Virus record (IMG/VR): IMGVR_UViG_3300024331_000207
Coordinates: 1 to 64,000 of that record
Strand: one strand, 5' to 3'
Length of the DNA: 64,000 bases
DNA from: a virus
Taxonomy: Duplodnaviria > Caudoviricetes
Shown: positions 55,759 through 64,000 of the stretch, piece after piece
Layout: each line of letters begins with the position of its first letter
Position numbering within the stretch: the stretch's first letter is position 1
Program-made: the position numbers and the translations under genes
The notes under the pieces: generated by a model
Databases searched by the model: none
What the model saw: the letters and a program-made list of their open reading frames with translations, nothing else
Told to the model about the DNA's origin: nothing

Positions 55759-58700
55759 ATGAGCCGGCCGGACGCGGTCCGGACAGCATGGAGCCTGATC
55801 ACCCTGAACGTCCGGGTGCTGGCGCAAGGGCCCGGATCGGTGCCCGACGAGGACTTCGCCGCCGCCGCCTCCGCCATGGAGAACCCCGCCGACTGGGGCG
55901 CGGTCGTCGCCGTGCTCGCCGAGCTGGCCGCCGAGGGCTGGGTCAATCACCACGGCACGGCGGACGAGGGCCTGGAGCACTGCGCTGAGGTCGCGCTGAT
56001 GCTGGCAGCCGACGGTGCCCGCTAAGCCCCCGCAGCGGGCCGCGCTGCCCGCCCCGCCCCCCGGCGCCGTCGTCACCGCCTGGGCCGCGCTGCTCGACCC
56101 CGCCAAGCAGCTGTCCCCGCAGGCCGCCATCGTCTGCCTGCTCAACGTCAGCTGGCTGCGCTGGCAGCTGTACGCCATGGAGCTGAACGCGCAGGTCGAA
56201 GCCGCCCGCGGCGACAGCCCCGACGAGTTCGCCGCCGCCGGCCTGGTCACCGAGAAATACCTGGCCTACAAGGACGAGACGCTGCCCCAGGGTGAAGAAG
56301 TCAGGGCACTGGTGCAACTGGAAGGCGCAGAACGAGACCGCTGCGCAAGGCTTGCCAAGGACGCCATGAGCATGGGGATAACAGGTGGGGACTGGTGAAC
56401 GACAGCGACCTGGCCAGGATCTGCGCCGACCTTGGCCACTGGATTGCCGTCGCGGAGACGCTCCTCGCGCAGGCCGACTGCGTGCCCACCGAGTCCACCG
56501 CGTTCACCCCCTTCTCTCGGCCGCCGTGGAACAGCGAGGTCGCCTGCGCGCTGTTCGACACCCACGCGATGATCCGCGACATCGAATCGGAGATGCGCCA
56601 GGAAGTCTCCGGCACCGTGGCGCGCCGCTCGCACCGCTCCGGCAACACCGGCCCGGTGCTGGCGGCCATCACCGCCATGGAAGTGGCCGTCACCCGCCCG
56701 ACGCTGCGCCGGGCGCAGCGCGAGCTGGGCAAGGTGGCGCTGCGCATCCGGCAGCTGCCCGCCGTCGATGAGGCGCTGCGCTGGGAGCGGCTGCGCAACG
56801 CGCCCGATGAGATGCCGCCGGCCTGCCCGTACTGCGAGTGCTATTCACTGAAGGTCGCGATCGTGGCGGGGCTCGTGGCCTGCTTCAACCCGTCCTGCGC
56901 CGATGATGACGGCGAGCGCCCGACGGCGCGGCTGGACATCTCCCGGCTGGACGGCAGCCCCGTGCTCGCCTGGGGGCACTGACATGAGCCTGCAATTGAC
57001 ATTGGCCCGCGCGGAGATGCGGGCCGCCGAGGAGAGCTGGCGCGACCACCGGCTGCACTGCCCGCTGTGCGACGCCGCCGTCCGGGAACGCAAGCTGGAA
57101 CGGCTCTGCGGCGCCGGCGGCCTGGCCCGCGAGCGCTATGCGGAGGCGCGGCACGCGGTGGAGCGCGAGCGCACCGCCGACCTGGCACCGCCGTCCGGAG
57201 CGGACCCGCTATGGTAGCCCGGCACCGGCGCGGCGACGGCGAGGTGCTGCTCACGCTGAAGGAGGCGGTCAGCGAGCTGTACCCGCCGATCACCGAGGAG
57301 CAGCTGGCCGGAATGGTGCACGTCACCCGGCTGCAGCCGCGGGGCTTCCGGCGCACCGGGGCGGCCGGGCGCCCGGCCCGCACCTACCCGATGGGCAAGC
57401 TGTACGAGCTGCACCGGGTGCTGGTGCCGCTGCTGACGGAGTTCGCGCGCGAAGGCGCGTAACAAGGAGAGACAGGAGAGCAGATGGGCAAGAGGGAGGA
57501 CCTGGCCCGCATCAAGGCAGCGGGCCGGATCTGCGAGGAGGCGGCCGAGTTCCCGACCGTCGGGCACCTGGACGCCATGCTGGACGAGCTGCGGCACATG
57601 CCGCGCACCGGGCGCGCAGCCGAACTCATCGACATGCTGCTGGATGAGCGATGGCAGCTGACAACAACCTGACGGCGTACCAGAAGGGCTACGCCGCCGG
57701 CCGGGCAGCCGAGCGCAAGCGGTGGGCGGCGCAGGCAGTGCGGCTGCGCCGCGGGCTGCCCGAGCAGCAGGTGCGCCCGCGCCGCGACGTCCTGCTGGAC
57801 CTGGACTCGGTCATCGACGTGCTCGCCAGGGCACTGGCCGAGGAGGACTGACGGGCACGGTCACCTGCCTGCCGTGGGCATGCATCTACGTCAGGCGGGA
57901 CGGCGAATGGGTGTGCCGCCGGTGCGGCCTATCCCGGGAAATAAGGAGGAAATTGTGGCAACCTGGGGCAACTGGTACTGGCCGGCGTTCCTCTCGATAT
58001 CGGGCTTCTGGGTCCTGACCGCGTTCGGAATCCCCGAGGGGATTGCGCTGGCGACGCACCCGGTGCAGCATGTCGACAACACCCTGTCCTGGTACGCGCG
58101 CCACGAGCTGCACGTGGGAATCGCCACCGCCGGGAACATCCACACGCTCGCCTGGTGGCTGTCCTTCCTGATGTGGATGATGTTCGTCATCTTCATCACC
58201 GGCCACATCTGGATGGACCAGTTCGGATGACAAGCCTCTGCCGCGGCTGCCTGAACCGCAGGGGCCGCACGGGAGCGTGCCCGCTGTGCATCGCCTGGCG
58301 CCTGGCGCAGGAAGGAGAGGCCGGTGTCCAACAGGATGAAGCTCAAGAGGCGGACCGAGCCGGTGCAGTGTGACACCTGCGGCCTGCGGTTCGCCACCGT
58401 GACCGACCGGGAGCAGCACTGGAAGGCCCTCCCGGACGGCCGCGGCTGCCTCAGCGTCAGGAGCATGACCGGGATCTTCGGGTTTTACCGGACCAGGGGC
58501 GCCTGGCGGCTGCCGGGGTGACGGCGCATGACTACTGGGAAGACCTGTGCGAGCAGGCCGGCCGCTGCCTGGAGTGGTTCACCTGCATGGACTGCGACCG
58601 CTGCTACTGCGACTGCCGCTGCCTGCGGTGGTTCTACCGGGACGAATACGGGCAGGGCCTCCGCGGCCACAAGGTGGACACCGTGCGGCTGAGATCGGGG

Positions 58701-59037
58701 TACCTCTGATGCGGCGAGACGGGCGCATTACACTCCAGGGTGAAAGCACTCTACCTGATACGGGACGGTTCAGATGGCTAAGACTATCGGCGACGGCGAC
58801 AAGACCGACTTCGACGAGACCCGGCGGCTGCTGTACATGGCGCTGCTGTCCGGCCGCACGAAGCGGTACAACCTAGCGGGCACCCTGGTCAATGCGCTGG
58901 TCCACCACCATGCGGTCGGCCTGTCCGCCGCCGAGGTGGCCGATCACGTCGTGAGCGTCGTCGAGGGCGGCGATGACGGCGGCCGAGCCTGGCTGCAGGA
59001 GCAGATCGACCGCATCACGGCCGAGCTGGGCGACTAG
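55759..59037 (+). CDS. run of small hypothetical genes (55759-56025, 56015-56398, 56395-56982, 56984-57217, 57211-57462, 57484-57672, 57651-57851, 57955-58230, 58324-58521, 58518-58709, 58774-59037)
   Basis: coupled starts and stops, high GC3; several Cys-rich; 57955-58230 is hydrophobic. Confidence 0.55.
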
Positions 59038-59042
59038 AGTGC

Positions 59043-59474
59043 GTGATGCCCCGGCCCCGTTACGGCTCCGCTCACCGGCGGGCGCGCGACGCGATCATCC
59101 CGTTGGTGCAGTGGGGCGTCACGCCCTGCTGCCGGTGCGGCCACCCGCTGGAGCATGGCGACAAGGTGGACCTCGACCACCGCGATGACGGCAGCCCCGG
59201 GTACCTCGGCCTGTCCCACAACTCGCCCTGCCGGGTCTGCAATCAGCGCTGCAACCAGGTGGCCGGCGGCCTCAAGGCAGCGGAGATGGCCGGCTACAAG
59301 CCCAGGGACCGCAAGTGCGTCATCTGCGGCAAGCCCTACCGCGCCTCGCGCGGCACCGACGGCGCGAGCACGGTAACCTGCGGAGCACGCGAGTGCGTCA
59401 CCGAGATACGCCGGATCAGGAAGGCCCGCCAGCCAGACCCGGAGCCGCCGCCCGTCACCGGAAGGACGTACTGA
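59043..59474 (+). CDS. HNH endonuclease, packaging-associated type
   Basis: YGSAHRRAR, CCRCG...DLDH...H...CN. Confidence 0.7.
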   Translation: MMPRPRYGSAHRRARDAIIPLVQWGVTPCCRCGHPLEHGDKVDLDHRDDGSPGYLGLSHNSPCRVCNQRCNQVAGGLKAAEMAGYKPRDRKCVICGKPYRASRGTDGASTVTCGARECVTEIRRIRKARQPDPEPPPVTGRTY

Positions 59475-59924
59475 TGGTCCGCATCCCCGGCTTCAGCCAG
59501 GGCAGGCCCGAGCCCCCGGACAAGACCCGGCACGCCTACGGCGGCATGGACACCATCCATCAGACCGGCACCATCGACATCCAGGTCAGCCCCGAGGGCG
59601 AGATAGTGCGCGTCTGGTTCCGCTGCCTGAGCCTCCCGTTCACCGTGGGCCGCGTGCACGACAGCAGCGGGTACAATCCGGTCGGCACCGTGGCGGTCGA
59701 GTCGGTCACGGTCGTGGACCGCACGTCCCCGTCACTGGACGAGGGAGACTGATGGACCGGAACGCAGGCGCAAGCATCCTGCACGGCAGGCAGGCCACGC
59801 TGATCATCACCCGCAGTGACGGCCAGGAGGAACTGGTCAACGTCGGCGACTGGACAGTTGAGTTCTCCGAAGGGCCGTTCAGCATCGGGACGCTTACGAC
59901 GATCCGCACGCGGGAGATATAGCC

Positions 59925-60530
59925 ATGGCCCTGCCCGACGCCGAGTTCGCGGCGCTCGCCACCCACAAGGCGGCCCCGTTCGCGCCCGGCTACCCCGCCT
60001 CGGCGCTCACCTTCTACTCCCCGGTCGACGAGGTGCACGCGGTACTCGCTGAGCTGGTCGCTTCAGCATCCAAGTCGCTGGTCGTGGCCATGTACGGCTT
60101 CGACGACGACGACCTGGCCACGGCGATCCACGGCAAGCTGGACGACCCCGGCATCTTCGTGCAGCTGTCCCTGGACTCCAGCCAGGCGGGCGGCGTGCAC
60201 GAGAAGGCGCTGCTCGCCAAGAACAACTACCCGGCCAACTCTCTCGCGATCGGGCGCAGCGAGAAGGGCGCCATCATGCATCAAAAGCTCGTCATCGTCG
60301 ACGGGCTGGACATCGTGACAGGCAGCACCAACTGGTCCGCGGGCGGCGAGTCGAAGCAGGACAACCAGCTGACGGTGATCCGCGACCCGTTCGTGGCTGC
60401 CGAGGCGCGCGCCCGCATCGACGTGATCCACACGAACATGCTCCAGCAGATGGCGGCGGCCGCGGCGAAGGCAGCCGGCCGGGCGGCGCCGCCGACCATG
60501 GCCCAGATCCACGCGGCGATGACCGCGTGA
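59925..60530 (+). CDS. phospholipase D-family (single HKD, Nuc-like) protein
   Basis: HQKLVIVD...TGSTN; VAMYGF. Confidence 0.85.
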   Translation: MALPDAEFAALATHKAAPFAPGYPASALTFYSPVDEVHAVLAELVASASKSLVVAMYGFDDDDLATAIHGKLDDPGIFVQLSLDSSQAGGVHEKALLAKNNYPANSLAIGRSEKGAIMHQKLVIVDGLDIVTGSTNWSAGGESKQDNQLTVIRDPFVAAEARARIDVIHTNMLQQMAAAAAKAAGRAAPPTMAQIHAAMTA

Positions 60531-61231
60531 AGCCCCCCGTCCACTACTACCACGCCTTCGCCGGCGGCCCCTGGCCACAGCCAGCGGGCGAGCACGCGGC
60601 TGCGCTGCGGGCGGCGAAGTTCCACGGCGACATCACCGTGGGGGTGGTCGGCGACCCGGCCGACCGCAGCGCCCTGCGCGGCGTGCTGAAGGAGACGATG
60701 GCCTGGCCCTGCCTGCCCGTCTTCCTGGAATGGGACGCAGGCTATGAGCAGCTGACACTCAGCGCGATGCGGCAGTGGGCGCGGGATGCTCCCGCGGACA
60801 CCCCCGTGCTGTACTGCCACACCAAGGGGACCTTCGACAACTCCGAGTGGAACGCGATGTGGCGGCGCTCCATGACCCACCACGTCGTCGGCCGCTGGAG
60901 GGAGTGCGTCCGCCTCCTGGAGGACGGCTATGACACGGTCGGCTGCCACTGGCTGACGCCCGAGCGGGACGCCGGACCGGCCCGGCCGGTCACCACCCCG
61001 ATGTACGGCGGCAACTTCTGGTGGGCCACTAGCCAGTACCTCGCCACCCTGCCGGAGCCAGGCACCGAATACAGGCACCAGGCCGAGGAGTGGGTCGGCC
61101 TGAACGGCCCGAAGGCGTACGACCTGCTGCCCGGCTGGCCGACGCCGGACCTGTGCGGCCCCTACGCCGAAGGGCCCGAGTCCTGTTCCTGCCCCCGCTG
61201 CCGCGCGGTGCGCAAGTCCGTCCGGTCCTAG
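60527..61231 (+). CDS. glycosyltransferase-like hypothetical protein
   Basis: [28 protein letters not shown]. Confidence 0.5.
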   Translation: MKPPVHYYHAFAGGPWPQPAGEHAAALRAAKFHGDITVGVVGDPADRSALRGVLKETMAWPCLPVFLEWDAGYEQLTLSAMRQWARDAPADTPVLYCHTKGTFDNSEWNAMWRRSMTHHVVGRWRECVRLLEDGYDTVGCHWLTPERDAGPARPVTTPMYGGNFWWATSQYLATLPEPGTEYRHQAEEWVGLNGPKAYDLLPGWPTPDLCGPYAEGPESCSCPRCRAVRKSVRS

Positions 61232-61668
61232 TCGCACGGGCGGTGGCCATGACTGAGGAACCACTTGTTCGCTTTGACGAACCTGCCGTCAGGCCAGAAG
61301 CCCCAGGGCCGGAAGATGCGCCCAGTCACCAGCAGCGTCCAGGCGCCGTCCCCGTCCGGCACCACGGCGTGCCGGTGCAGCGCCGGCCGGAACCGCACCA
61401 CGGGGGCGCACAGATGCTCGTCGCCTTCCGGGCTGGTATCGGTATAGCCGCCGCGGAGCACGAAAGTCAGGAACCACCAGGGATGGTCATGGGGGGCACG
61501 AGTGTCATCGGGACCGGTCCAGTGGTGGACGCGGACTGACGCCCAGGGAGTCTCGGCGATCCACCTGACGACGTACGGGCATTCGTCCAGCCCCAGGGGC
61601 TCGGCCCAGGCGAACCGGAACTTGCCCTTTCCCGAGCCTTTGGTACGGGAGGGTGCCTGCGGAATCAC
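61228..61668 (-). CDS. cupin-like protein
   Basis: PHDHPWWF..FVLRGGY, HAV, WGF. Confidence 0.7.
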   Translation of the reverse strand: MIPQAPSRTKGSGKGKFRFAWAEPLGLDECPYVVRWIAETPWASVRVHHWTGPDDTRAPHDHPWWFLTFVLRGGYTDTSPEGDEHLCAPVVRFRPALHRHAVVPDGDGAWTLLVTGRIFRPWGFWPDGRFVKANKWFLSHGHRPCD

Positions 61669-62042
61669 TCACCCACCTCCGTCGTATCAGGACGGCGCTC
61701 TTGACCGCTATGAGCTACTCCCGTTTGTTCAGTATACGCTACTGCGGCTGCGGGCGGGTTCTGCTCCATGTGGTCGGCCAGCAGGGCGGTCGTCAGGAAC
61801 GAGAAGGCGGACGTCAGCAGCGGGATCATCAGCACCATGCTGACCTCGCCCAGGATGAAATCCTCGGGGCTGGTCATCGGCAGGTCGCAGCCCGCCGTGG
61901 TGGCAAAACCGGTGGCGCAGTAGACCCCGTGCCAGGTGCTCACGTGGTGCGCGAACCCGGTCAGCACGCCCATGAACACGATCGCCAGCAGCGTCGCGAG
62001 GAGCACGTACAGCGCCCGGTGGTGGTGCTTGTTAAGTGCCAC
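61665..62042 (-). CDS. two-TM potassium-channel-like protein with altered filter
   Basis: TM1, then WHGVYCATGFATTAGCD pore-like segment, then TM2. Confidence 0.6.
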   Translation of the reverse strand: MALNKHHHRALYVLLATLLAIVFMGVLTGFAHHVSTWHGVYCATGFATTAGCDLPMTSPEDFILGEVSMVLMIPLLTSAFSFLTTALLADHMEQNPPAAAVAYTEQTGVAHSGQERRPDTTEVGE

Positions 62043-62705
62043 CCGCCTCGCCCTCCAGCTCCCGGACCGTCTCCGCCGCCACCTCCCGGGCGACCTCCGC
62101 CGCCACCTCCCGGGCGACCTCCGCCGCCACCTCCCGGGCATAGACAAACACGTGCAGCAGCCACGCCCCGGCCAGCACGTGCGCCAGCAGCGGGCGCCTG
62201 CGGCACACCTCCGTCAGCTTGGGCCGCCCCGTCAGGTACGCGGCAGCCTCGTAGCCGACGATCGCGGCCAGCAGGCTGCCCGTGGCGATGTCGGCGCGGC
62301 TGGTCACTGCCGGTCCAGCGCGTTCGAGATGTGCGCGAGGTGATCGCAGATCTCCTCAAGCAGGTCGTGATCGGTGCGCCCGAGCGCCCGGCTCGGCACC
62401 GACGCCGCGTGCTTGCTGCACCACGGCGTCCCGTCGACGCGGTGCTTGCCCAGGCGCCAGCAGCCCGGGGCATGGCAGTTGTGCAAATGCCAGAGGCCGA
62501 ACACCGAGCCGAACAGCGAGATCACCGTCAGCGCCGGGAGAATCCCCGACCACATCTGGTAGGTCCAGGGGGTCGACGAACTCTCCGGGTACGGGTGCAC
62601 GCCTAGCCCGTAAAGCCAGCCCCACGGGTGGGCGGCGATGCTCCAGATGACGGCTGCCAGCGCCAGCGCCGCGACGCCGTGCGGCAGTTTGCGGATTACC
62701 CCCAT
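62032..62705 (-). CDS. two membrane proteins (62032-62307 with REVAAEVA repeat; 62304-62705)
   Basis: hydrophobic helices; 24-bp tandem repeat at ~62071-62138. Confidence 0.55.
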
Positions 62706-62743
62706 GTAATTCAGTATGCATGTGCAGCGACAGCGACTGAGCG

Positions 62744-63373
62744 CTATTGCCCCGTGTCGTAGAGCCCCAGTTCCTCAGACAGCTGCACCAGGTCATCGGC
62801 CGCCTGACGCTCCTCGTCGCCCGCCCCGGCCGGCGGAACAAAACCCCAGCACAAGCACCCGGCGACGCCCGCCACGCCGAACTCGTCGGCGACCTCGGTC
62901 ACGCCGAAGCCGGGGTTGCCGGTGTGCGGCCCGCGGCCGTAATCATGGAACGCGATCCAGCCACCCGGCTTCACGATCCGCAGTGCGAGGGCCAGGTCCC
63001 GGCGCACCGAATCGGAATCGTGCTGGGCGTCGATGAACGCTCCGTCGGTGACGACGCCCTCGGCCGCCAGCCGGGGGAGCACGTCTTCGAACCTGCCGAC
63101 CTCGACGCGCACCCGGTCGGTCACGCCGTAGCGCCACAGGTTCGCCCTGAACTCCGGCTCTGAATTTGATTGCCCGGCGTGCACGTCGCCGGCGTGCCAG
63201 TCAACGCTAATCACGTGCTCCGCGACGCTGGCCAAGACTACTGTTGAGTAGCCAAAGTGGGCACCCATTTCCAAGACCACTTGGCCTTCCGCCAGCCTGG
63301 CCAGAGCCCGGGACTCTGCGGGCGTGACCGCTGACGTGATCGGCGGCATCTGCAGCTGCCTTGGCTCTGTCAC
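62744..63373 (-). CDS. class I SAM methyltransferase (Methyltransf_24-like)
   Basis: VLEMGAHFGYST, FIDAQH, KPGGWIAFHDY. Confidence 0.8.
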   Translation of the reverse strand: MTEPRQLQMPPITSAVTPAESRALARLAEGQVVLEMGAHFGYSTVVLASVAEHVISVDWHAGDVHAGQSNSEPEFRANLWRYGVTDRVRVEVGRFEDVLPRLAAEGVVTDGAFIDAQHDSDSVRRDLALALRIVKPGGWIAFHDYGRGPHTGNPGFGVTEVADEFGVAGVAGCLCWGFVPPAGAGDEERQAADDLVQLSEELGLYDTGQ

Positions 63374-63933
63374 TTCACGTGCCTCCAGGTCTCGCCGTGA
63401 ACCGCGTACCACATGCCCTGCTGGCTCACGCCGAACTCTTTCGCCAGCGACGCCGTATCGCCATCACCTGCAGCGTAGCGCACCCTGCACTCGCGCACGA
63501 TTTCCTCGGTCAGCTTCGCGCTAGCCACTTGGGTTCCGCGCTGCATGGTGCCATCGCGATACTTATCCATGATGTTCTCGATCCGGCTGCCGTAGCACAA
63601 ATTGACCAGCCGGTTGTCCCGCTGTCCGCCCGGCCCGTGGCGCCCCTCCTGCCCCGGCGGCCGCGGGCCGACAAAGGCCCCGAGCACGAGCACGTGGATG
63701 TGGCATGTCCGCCCTATCCGGCACTCGCCGTCATTTCGGCGGAGCGTCACTTGCAGGTACCCCGCCTTGCCTAGCACTGGAGACAAGAGCCGCCCGCGCT
63801 GCAGCCGGAGGTTTCCGTAGCTATGCCGAACCATGCGGTCCAGGCTGCGTACGCGGCCGAGGTCGCTGACTTGATAGACCTCGGCGAACTCGGGGACGGG
63901 CACCGGCAGCCAGCGTTCGATAGCATCGTTCAC
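63370..63933 (-). CDS. NUMOD4-HNH homing endonuclease
   Basis: YQVSDLGRVRS, HVLVLGAFVGPRP, DNRLVNL.Y...EN. Confidence 0.9.
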   Translation of the reverse strand: MNDAIERWLPVPVPEFAEVYQVSDLGRVRSLDRMVRHSYGNLRLQRGRLLSPVLGKAGYLQVTLRRNDGECRIGRTCHIHVLVLGAFVGPRPPGQEGRHGPGGQRDNRLVNLCYGSRIENIMDKYRDGTMQRGTQVASAKLTEEIVRECRVRYAAGDGDTASLAKEFGVSQQGMWYAVHGETWRHVK

Positions 63934-64000
63934 GTCGAGCCTGCTTCCTCAGGTCCGGCCGGCCCCGGGGTGCTCGCAGCACACGATCCTAGTTTCCCCA

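Noticed and set aside
1-64000. Canonical CRISPR array or cas operon
   Set aside because: No identical 23-47-bp repeats with unique spacers and no cas1/cas2; the arrays are pentamer-periodic

Overview
This window is most of a very GC-rich siphovirus-type genome with an HK97-like head, probably infecting an actinobacterium (inferred from many leaderless TANNNT-N6/7-ATG starts and from Rpf and DUF1707-like domains). About 0.3-37.4 kb (+) is the virion and lysis arm: terminase nuclease domain, portal, protease, capsid, three glycosyltransferases, large Ser/Thr/Gly-rich virion proteins, tail tube, endolysin, tape measure, minor tail proteins and holin. 37.7-40.7 kb holds moron-like genes. 40.7-55.5 kb (mostly -) is the replication, recombination and regulation arm, and 55.7-64 kb has many small genes. 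No integrase, DNA polymerase or CRISPR array is visible. Main result: a RAMP/Cas7-like gene (51364-52044) and a coupled partner gene (50888-51367) are followed by a ~430-nt non-coding array of GGNNN pentamers split into units by GGCA, then by a Cas4-like nuclease. This looks like a phage repeat-RNA-guided system; as I recall, similar loci were recently called VIPR, which I could not verify here. Four further pentamer arrays with a different grammar (GGNNN units split by GTC) lie at 1-309, 5307-5375, 26465-26548 and 42615-42731. Each ends in a conserved hairpin and a - strand TANNNT box 6-7 nt away, implying separately promoted C-rich (NNNCC)n RNAs. Also present: a circularly permuted, YrlA-like tRNA-mimic RNA plus a degenerate tRNA, and TTA codons where two tail genes would be expected to stop. 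All protein calls come from motif recognition by eye, with no database searches.
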